Made by a program: the position numbers and the translations under genes. Shown here piece after piece: positions 1 to 9,116 of a DNA stretch of 64,000 nt. Source of the stretch: Chitinophagales bacterium (GTDB lineage: Bacteria > Bacteroidota > Bacteroidia > Chitinophagales > Saprospiraceae); the NCBI GenBank assembly GCA_038326165.1, contig JBBQJT010000009.1, positions 12,639 to 76,638 of the forward strand. Direction: 5' to 3'. The notes beneath the pieces are model-generated. The model saw only the letters and a program-made list of their open reading frames with translations. It did no database searches and was not told where the DNA came from. Within the stretch, counting starts at the first letter, position 1; each line of letters begins with the position of its first letter.

Positions 1-3000
1 AAAAATGAAAAACTATCCAAAGGAGAAGCATTCCATTGTAAAGTAACAGGAAAAAGCGATACCCAAACCAAAGCTCAGAAATCAGCTGCTCCAGATTGTA
101 CTTTGAGAAAATATAGACTTGCCTTGAGCTGTACAGGAGAATATGCTAATTTTCATGGAGGCACTAAGCCGAAAGTACTGGCTGCCATGAACACCACAAT
201 GACAAGGGTTAGTGGAGTCTATGAAAGAGATTTTGCAGTTACTTTTGAAATCATAGCCAACAATGATCTTTTGATATTTCTAAATTCCAATACAGACCCA
301 TTTACCAATGATGATGGAGGTACCATGTTGGATGAAAACCAACAAACTGTTGACAACATAATTGGAAATACTAATTATGATATAGGCCATGTTTTTAGCA
401 CTGGCGGCGGAGGCATAGCAAGCTTATTCAGTGTTTGTAGTTCCAACAACAAGGCAATGGGTGTGACTGGCTCCGGCAGCCCTGTAGGTGATGGTTTTGA
501 TATTGATTATGTGGCTCATGAAATTGGACATCAATTCAATGGCAATCATTCTTTTAACAATGAGTGTGGGGGCAATGTTTCTCAAAGTACGGCGTATGAG
601 ACAGGCAGCGGAAGCACAATTATGGCTTATGCAGGAGTTTGTGATCCCAATGTTCAGAATAACAGTGATGATTTATTTCACATCATAAATTTGGATGAAA
701 TATCAACATATATTACTGTTCAAAACGGAAACACCTGCCCGGAAAAGATAGATCTAAACAACAATGCGCCAACGGTAAATGCTGGTGTAGATCAATTTAT
801 ACCCAAAAGTACAGCTTTTGAATTGACTGCCACAGGAACAGATCCCGATGGAGACGTATTGACCTATGAGTGGGAACAATATGATAAGGAACTGACACCA
901 CAACCACCTACAAGTACTGCCACACAAGGCCCTTTGTTTAGATCTTTCAAGCCAACCAGTAGCCCAACCAGAATTTTTCCCCGGCTAAGCAATATCATTA
1001 ACAATACCGCAAGTCAGTGGGAAGTGCTACCGTCGGTACCGCGTACCATGAACTTTCGAGTTGCGGTAAGGGATAATCATGATGGCGGTGGATGTTTTGC
1101 GATTGATGCAGTCAAACTAAATGTAGCAACTAACGCCGGGCCATTTTTGGTGACACAGCCAAATACACTGTTAACATGGGAAATAGGAAGTCAGGTGCAG
1201 GTATTGTGGAATGTTGAGAATACCAATATCGCCCCAGTTAATTCACCCAAAGTTGATATCTTTTTGTCTTTGAATGGTGGAAATACATATCCCATAATTT
1301 TAGCCAAAGGAGTTGACAACAATGGTATGGCAACAATAGATGTTCCCAACAATGCCTCTAACCAGTGTAGAGTCAAAATAAAGGGATCAAATAATGTATT
1401 TTTTGATATCAGCAATGTCAATTTTATCATCAAACAACCACTTCTCCCTAATTACCTAGTGGATATAACGGAATCAGATTATACACTGTGTGCCCTATCC
1501 AGCAGTGATACCATAATGACAAAGTTGAAATTTCAATCTTTAACAGGATTCAATTCTCCCGTTAACTTGGCAGCAACAAACTTGCCTATTGGAATGACCA
1601 TTGAATTTGATAAAAATCCTGTAATTCCATCAGATTCTGTTGAACTTAGAGTATTTGGATTAAAATCAATCCCCTCCGGCTCATACTTAATTCCGATAGA
1701 AACTACATCGGGAGCTATCATCAAAACAAAATTATTGAATATTGGCATTTCTTCATCAATCCCTGGGCAGTCCAAACTACTTGAGCCCTCTAATTACCAG
1801 AGATCTGTTTCAACACAACCATTATTGACATGGGCACCGGCTGTAGAGGCACAATCATATTTTGTTGAAATAAGCGATGATTTTTTAGGAAAGAATATCG
1901 TTTGGAGCCAAGAGACCAAGGACACCTTTGGATTGGTAGATGTCAAATTGGAAAATTATGGTATCTACTATTGGAGAGTAAGGCCGAGTAACACATGTGA
2001 TTTTGGGTTAGTAACAGGATGGTTCAGCTTTCAAACGATCAACAAAGAGTGCTCGAATTATGATAATATTATTCCTATTGTAATACCCAATAATAGCACA
2101 TTCAATTTTACAAGCACCTTGAACATTACAAGTACAGCAATTATCTCTGAATTGACAGCGAAAGTTGTAGGAACACACAATTACATTGGTGATTTGGCAT
2201 TAAGCTTGAGAAAAGCAGGAAAGGAAGTTATTTTGGTCAACCAGGAATGTGATGATCTGAAAAACATCAATGCCACTTTTGCAGATGACGGCCCTCCACT
2301 TGTATGTTCTCCAATACCACCAGCCATAGGCGGTAAAATTTTACCTTCAGGCGGAAAATTATCAAGCTGGAATGCTACAGCTGCCAATGGAATATGGAAT
2401 TTGGACGTTGTTGATGTTTATGATGCAGATGGGGGAACCATAAACAATTGGTCATTGAATATTTGTAGCGAAAAAGATACAACCAATATTCCCACGCTTG
2501 TAAGCAATGATACTTTGTTTGTATTGGCTTTAAAACAAACCATAATACGCGATTCGTTGTTGAAATTTGTACCAGCCAAAGGATCGGGGCAAATAAACTA
2601 TCTGGTCACTGAATTACCAAAAAATGGCAAGTTGAATCAAATTGTAAATGCTGTAAAATTAGGCGATACTTTTACACAGGCTAATATTGTCAATGGATTG
2701 ATGAGATATATACATGAAGACATTACCCAGGACAGAGACAGTATTCTATTTGACGTAATTGATGTAGACGGGCATTGGCTGGCCAAACAAAATTTACAAA
2801 TCATTATTTATCAAGCCTTGACTGCCGATGTAAAAACAACACAAGTCACTTGTTTTGGAGATGATGATGGCCAAATAAATATTTTGCCCGAGGGAGGAGT
2901 TCCTTCTTATACACTCACTATTAACGACGCACCTACAACCGATTTCAATCCAGCCAACCTACCTAAAGGCAATTATAAGGTTGAAGTCAAAGATAAAATC

Positions 3001-3507
3001 GGCAATATTTTTACAAGCAATGTCATAGTGACCAGCCCAGATCAACTAGGAGCAACTTTAGTTTCAACTGACAAAACATTGGAGGTAAAAGTTATAGGAG
3101 GAACGCCACCCTACCAAATCACCTTAAATGGACAGCTCAAGGGAACGGATACCCTTTTCACGGATTTGAAACAAGGATTTTATGTAATTGGCTTAAAAGA
3201 TTCTCAGGGTTGTGAATTTATAGATTCTTTATTGGTTCTTAACACCAATGTCGTTGATGTAAACAGTTCCCAGTGGAAAATCATGCCGAATCCATCAAAA
3301 GGAATTGCTCAGTTAATTGTGCCGTTTGATTGCAAAACCAAACTAGAGATATTGAGTTCCGAAGGCAAACATATTTGGTCAATGCCCACACAAGTATTTA
3401 AATCAGGACAGCAGATTTATTTGCCAGAAATAGCTCCGGGTATTTATTTGATCCAACTTCATTATCTCGAAAAACGTGAATTGCTGAGATGGATTGTAGT
3501 AAAATAG
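1..3507 (+). CDS. Secreted multidomain zinc metalloprotease: reprolysin/M12B-like catalytic domain, proprotein-convertase P-domain, SprB-type repeats and a T9SS C-terminal sorting domain. The 5' end lies outside the window.
   Basis: Frame 1 is open from nt 1; the listed start at 103 is an internal TTG (...APDCT-L-RKYRL). Zinc motif HEIGHQFNGNH at 517-549. P-domain-like block GDLALSLRK...NGIWNLDVVDVYDADGGTINNWSLNIC. SprB-like repeats VTCFGDDDGQINILPEGG and GGTPPYQITLNG. The last ~80 aa (WKIMPNPSKG...GIYLIQL) resemble Por/T9SS secretion tails. Confidence 0.85.
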   Translation, partial: KNEKLSKGEAFHCKVTGKSDTQTKAQKSAAPDCTLRKYRLALSCTGEYANFHGGTKPKVLAAMNTTMTRVSGVYERDFAVTFEIIANNDLLIFLNSNTDPFTNDDGGTMLDENQQTVDNIIGNTNYDIGHVFSTGGGGIASLFSVCSSNNKAMGVTGSGSPVGDGFDIDYVAHEIGHQFNGNHSFNNECGGNVSQSTAYETGSGSTIMAYAGVCDPNVQNNSDDLFHIINLDEISTYITVQNGNTCPEKIDLNNNAPTVNAGVDQFIPKSTAFELTATGTDPDGDVLTYEWEQYDKELTPQPPTSTATQGPLFRSFKPTSSPTRIFPRLSNIINNTASQWEVLPSVPRTMNFRVAVRDNHDGGGCFAIDAVKLNVATNAGPFLVTQPNTLLTWEIGSQVQVLWNVENTNIAPVNSPKVDIFLSLNGGNTYPIILAKGVDNNGMATIDVPNNASNQCRVKIKGSNNVFFDISNVNFIIKQPLLPNYLVDITESDYTLCALSSSDTIMTKLKFQSLTGFNSPVNLAATNLPIGMTIEFDKNPVIPSDSVELRVFGLKSIPSGSYLIPIETTSGAIIKTKLLNIGISSSIPGQSKLLEPSNYQRSVSTQPLLTWAPAVEAQSYFVEISDDFLGKNIVWSQETKDTFGLVDVKLENYGIYYWRVRPSNTCDFGLVTGWFSFQTINKECSNYDNIIPIVIPNNSTFNFTSTLNITSTAIISELTAKVVGTHNYIGDLALSLRKAGKEVILVNQECDDLKNINATFADDGPPLVCSPIPPAIGGKILPSGGKLSSWNATAANGIWNLDVVDVYDADGGTINNWSLNICSEKDTTNIPTLVSNDTLFVLALKQTIIRDSLLKFVPAKGSGQINYLVTELPKNGKLNQIVNAVKLGDTFTQANIVNGLMRYIHEDITQDRDSILFDVIDVDGHWLAKQNLQIIIYQALTADVKTTQVTCFGDDDGQINILPEGGVPSYTLTINDAPTTDFNPANLPKGNYKVEVKDKIGNIFTSNVIVTSPDQLGATLVSTDKTLEVKVIGGTPPYQITLNGQLKGTDTLFTDLKQGFYVIGLKDSQGCEFIDSLLVLNTNVVDVNSSQWKIMPNPSKGIAQLIVPFDCKTKLEILSSEGKHIWSMPTQVFKSGQQIYLPEIAPGIYLIQLHYLEKRELLRWIVVK

Positions 3508-3508
3508 A

Positions 3509-4159
3509 TTATTTCATGTAGATCATCATTCCGGCAATGACCGATACAATACCAACCAAATAACCGAGAAACACTTGTGATAGGGTATGTGCTACTAATT
3601 TGAGTCGCGCATATCCTACTAATCCTGTAAGCAAAATTGCAATTGAAATCAGCAAGTAATCTGGCATATATAAACTCCCAAACTGTACCCCATTTAGGAG
3701 CAAGCCCGATGAATGAGAGATGATTAACATAACCAAACCACCAGCCATCGCAGCAGCATGAACACTGACCTTAAAAACAATATTTAGAACAAAGCAAATA
3801 AATAGACAAATCGTGCTACCAAGCACAAAGCCGGTAAAATGTTCAGGAAAATTATTGTGACTCTGAAGATTTTGAAATAACCAGAGGTAAAAAATGCCGG
3901 CAATAATAAAAGGTCCAGTTCTGTCAATTTTGTCTATTAGATTAATGTCTTTAATCAAATTCAAAAAGGACATGAGTATTACTGCAATACCCGGTATAAG
4001 CGCTGTGGAAAAGAGGATCGTAAATATTTGAGGTAATCCATCTGCAATACTAGTAAAACCAAATAAGAAAGGATTGGCGTACATCAATAGAATCAATACA
4101 TAAGTCAGTATAAATAAGGGGTGAAATACCCAACTCAGCAATTTTGAAAGTGTACGCAA
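3509..4159 (-). CDS. Polytopic membrane protein, divergent PAP2-superfamily-like
   Basis: 216-aa ORF with about 6 hydrophobic helices. It carries degenerate PAP2 motifs (DRTGP, VSVHAAAM resembling PSGH, RLKLVAHTLSQV resembling SRxxxxxHxxxD). It converges on the protease gene with a 1-nt gap. Confidence 0.5.
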   Translation of the reverse strand: MRTLSKLLSWVFHPLFILTYVLILLMYANPFLFGFTSIADGLPQIFTILFSTALIPGIAVILMSFLNLIKDINLIDKIDRTGPFIIAGIFYLWLFQNLQSHNNFPEHFTGFVLGSTICLFICFVLNIVFKVSVHAAAMAGGLVMLIISHSSGLLLNGVQFGSLYMPDYLLISIAILLTGLVGYARLKLVAHTLSQVFLGYLVGIVSVIAGMMIYMK

Positions 4160-4163
4160 GTTT

Positions 4164-5828
4164 TTAAATTTTTGTAATGATAAATTCCACTCGCCGATTT
4201 AACTCCCTCAATTCTTGTGAGTTATTGGCATTTATTGGTCTTCTGGCGCCAAATCCCACAGTACTGATACGAACAGGATTGATTTTTTTAGCTATCAAAT
4301 AATCACGAACAGTATTTGCCCTTTGTTCAGAAAGGAGCTGCAGCTCCTCAGATTTTCCTAGATTGTCAGTATGGCCCTCCACCTTTATATTCATTGAAGG
4401 ATTGTCTAATAGCAGTCGAACCAACCGATCCAATTCTTGATATGATCGATCTATGATAAGCGCCTTAGATTGTTGAAAGTATATTGGATTCGAGCTTATT
4501 CGGGTGTTGATTGCCTTGGGGTCAACATATATTGTTACTTCGGAAGTGTTGGCATAAAGTGGAAGAGATTCGATGGAGAGAATTTCTTCGTGTGACAGAT
4601 ACTTTTCTTTGAAAGGGAATATTTTTAGTCTACTCTTGCGTTCAACCACAAGGGTAAAATCGCCATCAGCGGAAGGAATTACTTTTTGGTAATTGTCTTT
4701 TTCTGCAAGCCCAATATAGATCGATGCACTAACAGGTCTTAATGTCTTAGAATCTACCACTCTGCCCAAAACGGTTACTTTATCTGAGTTTGGTTCAGAA
4801 ATTTTGACACGGAACAAATCACTAGTCCCATCACGCTTAGAGGAGAAGAAAAAAAATCCGCTGGAGGTATTGAAGTGAGGCTGAAGATCGTCTTTAGAAG
4901 AGTTGATGGGACTAATTAATGCTAAAGGTTCTGACCATTGTGTCCAGCTTTCTGCACTTCTTTTGCTCATGAAAATATCAAAGCCTCCCATACTGCCAGG
5001 TCTATTGCTTGAAAAATACAAGGTTAGCATATCTGATGTAAGATATGGTGTTATATCCCTAAATCCTGAATTGACATTTCCCAAATTGATTGGCTCAGTC
5101 CAAGAGGAGTCAGCAGTTCTTTGGCTAACATACAGATCATTATCGCCCTTAGAGTCTTCACGGTTTAGAGAAAGAATCACAACCGAACCGTCTTTGCTCA
5201 TGGTTAAAGAAACCACTTCTCCAATGGATTTTAAATTGGGAATATTCAAAGGAATAGGCTGTAACCAAGTCGAATCATTGACCATTTTAATAGTGGAGAA
5301 GCCCTTCTTCATTCCACCATCAGAGGGAAACTGATTGATAATAACATATTCATCATCATTTGGGGTAAAGGAGCAAACACTATTAGGAAGTGCGTTATTG
5401 AGCGGATACCCTGGATGAAACGATTCGGTGAAGTAATTACCATCGTTAGAATTGGCCACCCAAACATCTTGATTAAAAGGTGATTGATAAAGGATCCCTG
5501 ATTTGCTACCAAGCTGTTGATATATTTTAGCCAGCTCTTTTAGGTATTTATCTTCCGAATATTGTTTGTAAATATTCTCGCCATTAATATTCAGGTCTTT
5601 TATAAAATCAGGAGATCCAGTCCTGGTATAAAACAACTTACGCCCATCATCACTCAGTACTGGACTTATTTCATGATAATATGGAGTGTTAATAAATGAG
5701 CCCAGCTTTTCTAAGGAATAATCAAGAGTTTGACCCAAACCATAAGCTATATGCACAAGCAACAGCAAGATAGTCAAGCCAGAATATCTAAATAAAAACC
5801 AAAAATGTGCACTTGGGAGCTTCATCAC
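4164..5828 (-). CDS. OmpA-family protein with TolB-like beta-propeller repeats and a C-terminal OmpA/peptidoglycan-binding domain
   Basis: N-terminal signal/anchor. Repeated 'LYFSSNR...GGFDIF'-type WD40-like propeller motifs. The C-terminus (NIKVEGHTDNLGKSEELQLLSEQRANTVRDYL...VGFGARRP...NRRVEF) is a canonical OmpA_C domain. Confidence 0.85.
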   Translation of the reverse strand: MMKLPSAHFWFLFRYSGLTILLLLVHIAYGLGQTLDYSLEKLGSFINTPYYHEISPVLSDDGRKLFYTRTGSPDFIKDLNINGENIYKQYSEDKYLKELAKIYQQLGSKSGILYQSPFNQDVWVANSNDGNYFTESFHPGYPLNNALPNSVCSFTPNDDEYVIINQFPSDGGMKKGFSTIKMVNDSTWLQPIPLNIPNLKSIGEVVSLTMSKDGSVVILSLNREDSKGDNDLYVSQRTADSSWTEPINLGNVNSGFRDITPYLTSDMLTLYFSSNRPGSMGGFDIFMSKRSAESWTQWSEPLALISPINSSKDDLQPHFNTSSGFFFFSSKRDGTSDLFRVKISEPNSDKVTVLGRVVDSKTLRPVSASIYIGLAEKDNYQKVIPSADGDFTLVVERKSRLKIFPFKEKYLSHEEILSIESLPLYANTSEVTIYVDPKAINTRISSNPIYFQQSKALIIDRSYQELDRLVRLLLDNPSMNIKVEGHTDNLGKSEELQLLSEQRANTVRDYLIAKKINPVRISTVGFGARRPINANNSQELRELNRRVEFIITKI

Positions 5829-6344
5829 GCTGCAAAGTTGTGAAATCTATCGTTAACATGAAACATTGATTTACATAGAATTGAAATAACAAGTGCTATT
5901 TTTGCAAACAAATTAGTTGCAAGGACTATTGAAAGCATTGTAGACATTATTATCTGGCACATTGTTTTCACTTTGCGTAAAGTCTATTATAGTGGTATCT
6001 TTCCTTCTTTTTGGAGCGCTAACCCTAGGCTTTTTCTTTTATTTGCGCTTTGTTTACACCAAAATTTTACGTTGCCTTTTTGAGAAATATCCTTTTTCAA
6101 TAAATATCCGAAGAAAAATCCGCTTCAGACTTTTGTATCTATCTCTTGCCTTTTATTTTTGTTCCTCGCTTTCCGTATTGAAAATAGATCATGTTCTTTA
6201 TCAAAGTGATTTTATAAACATAAAGTTGACAATTTTTTTTTGCGGCTATCTTGGTCCTAATTGGTGCCCAAATTTTGGATGCAATACTTACAAGGATAAG
6301 GCAATCCAGCAGTATGGGAACGCGCTCGAATTCATTGGTGACTG

Positions 6345-7256
6345 ATGAGCGCAGTGAATTACCAGCAGGCCATACAACGCAATGGTTTGTACATACAATT
6401 AGTGGCCTTGTTGCTATTAAACACCTTCAGTATCGATTAATCTCTTTTCGTATTAAAAGGATATTCAGTAAACTTGGATGGAATATTTGTTTTTATTGCG
6501 GTAATGTTGAGTGCCAGAATTGTCTCATAGACAACCACTAAAATCATGTTACCACCTTATTTCAGAAGGAAAGGAGTGGAACAAGGTTCAATTTATGCCT
6601 CAAGTCAGCTTTTGGGGTATTTGTTTTATGTGGCAGGATTTTTTATCGTACTAAATTTAATTGATGTAAAAATGAATTGGCTACTTGGAGGTACAGCGGC
6701 TTTATTGGTGGGAGTTGGACTTGCACTACAGCAGACATTCAATGATTTTTTTTCGGGGATTCTTTTGTTATCAGAGCGGAATATTCACATTGGTGATGTA
6801 GTTGATGTTGAGGGTACAGTTGGAATTGTTCGTAAAATTGGCTTGCGAACTTCATTTATGGAAACCCTTGAAAACATGATTGTAATCGTACCGAATTTGA
6901 TGCTCATAATAGGGCAGGTTATCAATTGGACGCATAGCCACGACAAGGCAAGGTTTGAAATTAAAGTATATGTTTCCTTTAATTCCGATGCCAGACTTCT
7001 AAAAAACATATTGCTTAAAACAGTAAAAGACCAAGAAAAGCTGAGCAAGAATCCAGCATCATTAGTTCGTTTTATGAATTTGGGAGAATATGCACTAGAG
7101 TTTCATGTATTATTTTGGTCGGGCGAACTCATGAATATAGAAGATGTCAAGAGCGATATACGATTTGAACTCAACAATAATTTCGTTGAATTTGGGGTAA
7201 GATTCCATATCCACAACATCAAGTACAAATGTCTAGTGCTCAAATATCACTTATAA
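6345..7256 (+). pseudogene. Small-conductance mechanosensitive channel (MscS family) interrupted by two in-frame stop codons; only the 236-aa C-terminal ORF (6546-7256) stays open
   Basis: One frame from ATG 6345 reads MSAVNYQQAIQRNGLYIQLVALLLLNTFSID-TAA(6438-6440)-SLFVLKGYSVNLDGIFVFIAVMLSARIVS-TAG(6528-6530)-TTTKIMLPPYFRRKG.... It continues into the MscS pore helix and beta-domain (GGTAALLVGVGLALQQTFNDFFSGILLLSERNIHIGDVVDVEGTVGIVRKIGLRTS). Confidence 0.6.
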
Positions 7257-8066
7257 CAGTGACTTGATACGATTGAATCTTGTATTATCTGAATTCTGCT
7301 GTTGACATTTAAGTGCCTGTGCTTGTTTTGTAATATCTTGGACGCGGTTGCCTGGATCAGGATGCGAACTTAAAAAAACAGGAGGTGAAGGCCTTCCTTT
7401 CATTTTCTTAAAAAATCCCGCACAACCGGCTGCGTTGTAATTGCTGTTGCAAAGGTAAAACACACTAAACTTGTCAGCTTCTCTCTCATGTGTACGGCTG
7501 AATTTAAGTCCAACAACGGCTGTGGCTACTTGTGCCAATGACTGTGCTGCTTGGCCTACTGCAGCACCACCTGCACCCGCAGCACCTATGGCTAATATCT
7601 GGGCAAGAACGGCAGTTCCCTGAGATTTTGTCAATTGTTTGGTTGAGTGGCGCAGATCAGCGTGCGCTATTTCATGTCCCATTACCCCTGCCAATTCGTC
7701 TTCGTAATCAAGAAACTTGATCAAACCTGTGTAGACATAAATATAGCCACCAGGAGTGCAAAAGGCGTTCAATGTTTTGTCGTCTTTTATGATGTGAACT
7801 TCCCATTTGAAGTTATTTTTGTTTTTTACTCTCCCGGAGTTAATAATTTGATTTGCAATACCGCGGACAAAAGCATAAGCCTCTTCATTTCCTTTTTCAG
7901 GTAAAATAGGGAATTGGGCAGGTTTTGATGCTATTTCTGCAGCAACTTGTGCACCTAGTTTTCTGTCGTCATCTATAGAATAGGAATTCCAGTTTTTAAA
8001 GCTTTGACAATTGATATTGCTGATAATCAGTAACACCAATAAAAAAGAAGGAATCAGGTTTTTCAT
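7251..8066 (-). CDS. M48-family zinc metallopeptidase (secreted/periplasmic)
   Basis: Signal peptide MKNLIPSFLLVLLIISNINC. HEIAHADLRH (HExxH) motif in an M48-like context. The 3' end overlaps the converging MscS ORF by 6 nt. Confidence 0.85.
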   Translation of the reverse strand: MKNLIPSFLLVLLIISNINCQSFKNWNSYSIDDDRKLGAQVAAEIASKPAQFPILPEKGNEEAYAFVRGIANQIINSGRVKNKNNFKWEVHIIKDDKTLNAFCTPGGYIYVYTGLIKFLDYEDELAGVMGHEIAHADLRHSTKQLTKSQGTAVLAQILAIGAAGAGGAAVGQAAQSLAQVATAVVGLKFSRTHEREADKFSVFYLCNSNYNAAGCAGFFKKMKGRPSPPVFLSSHPDPGNRVQDITKQAQALKCQQQNSDNTRFNRIKSLL

Positions 8067-8178
8067 AATTAAATTATTGTACTCGATTAACGAATGTTTG
8101 GATACGGTTTATTGCAAAGATAGGGTTAATATGCAAATGATTATGATCTTCTCCATTCTGAAATAAAACGCTTCAAAA

Positions 8179-9096
8179 TTATTCTTCTTTGACGCCTAAC
8201 ACAATGCGCAAGGGCTCATAGGCCTTCCCGTTTTTATTCCAATAATCTTCCAGCATGGATTCTTTTAGCTTAGCGATGCTTTTCATTATGTCTCCTTCCT
8301 TGTTCGGAAAATTATCGGTCCAGCCTAATATTTTATAGGGCGGATTATTTTCATAAACAATGTTCAACTCACGATTCAGAGAAGGCATTAGCACCTGAAG
8401 ACACTTTGTATTGTCAATAGAAAAATCACTGCCTTTGTATTCCATATTTTTTATGTCAACATCAACAGCTTCAATTGGCCAATGCTGAATCATCAGGTAT
8501 TGTGTACTGGGCAGCATTTTTTGTAACCCCGTAGGAATCTGATTAGGGCACAAACGGATCAAATTGAACAACTCATCTTCCAGTAAACACGAAGTTAAGG
8601 ACAACTTGCGATCAGCTTCCTTTTCAAAATAGGAGAACTGCTCCAGTTCCAGATTATTCCCTTTTCTGTTGACTTGAAGCCATTCATGACCGCACCAGTC
8701 CAAGTTTGAAGAACTTACTTTATATGGGTGGTCCAAAGGAGCATTGGCAGGAGTAAATACACTACTCATGAGCGTGTAATCATACATGCCAGTTACAAAA
8801 TGCTTTTTCATGTTGCATTTAAAAACGGGAACAGAAGACTTGTCAACATAAGATTCATTTTTTACGTTTTTTGAAGTAAGGAAGTCCTCCGTAACAAAAA
8901 TTAAAACGACATACCCATCGCGCATTACCCCATAGCGTTGTTCTTTGAGCGTATAACCGTTGACTTCGGCTTTCGATTGGTACCAATACGGATTGGGTTT
9001 TTGAATAATAGCTTTTTCTGAGCCAGATTTTGAGCAGGCATGAAATGAAAAACTTACCAAAAGAAGGGCTGAAAGAAAACAAAATGGTAAACGCAT
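8179..9096 (-). CDS. Lipoprotein of unknown function
   Basis: 305-aa ORF with a lipoprotein signal (LLVSFSFHAC). I recognise no catalytic motif. Confidence 0.7.
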   Translation of the reverse strand: MRLPFCFLSALLLVSFSFHACSKSGSEKAIIQKPNPYWYQSKAEVNGYTLKEQRYGVMRDGYVVLIFVTEDFLTSKNVKNESYVDKSSVPVFKCNMKKHFVTGMYDYTLMSSVFTPANAPLDHPYKVSSSNLDWCGHEWLQVNRKGNNLELEQFSYFEKEADRKLSLTSCLLEDELFNLIRLCPNQIPTGLQKMLPSTQYLMIQHWPIEAVDVDIKNMEYKGSDFSIDNTKCLQVLMPSLNRELNIVYENNPPYKILGWTDNFPNKEGDIMKSIAKLKESMLEDYWNKNGKAYEPLRIVLGVKEE

Positions 9097-9116
9097 GACT
9101 TAAGTGTTATTTTTGC

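Noticed and set aside
4903-5334. Long antisense or alternative-frame ORFs inside confident genes (for example 4903-5334, 14427-14786, 15618-16019, 41036-41383, 51372-51812, 55789-56157, 59890-60294, 61396-61740)
   Set aside because: All are embedded in genes with strong family motifs on the other strand or frame. Their composition is atypical, and none has start or promoter features or recognisable domains.
6438-6530. Stop-codon reassignment or programmed read-through as the explanation for the in-frame TAA/TAG codons (also TAA at 17616)
   Set aside because: TAA and TAG end the intact neighbouring genes at sensible positions, for example 3505-3507 (TAG), 4164-4166 (TAA) and 7251-7253 (TAA). 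I saw no read-through context. Pseudogenisation is the simpler explanation.
5962-6541. ORFs 5962-6345 (127 aa) and 6251-6541 (96 aa), considered as real genes or as the N-terminal extension of the MscS gene
   Set aside because: The translations are Phe/Leu-rich low-complexity products of a T-rich tract. They change frame at a T9 run. The MscS architecture is already complete from ATG 6345 in a third frame. I treated the region as non-coding or decayed sequence.
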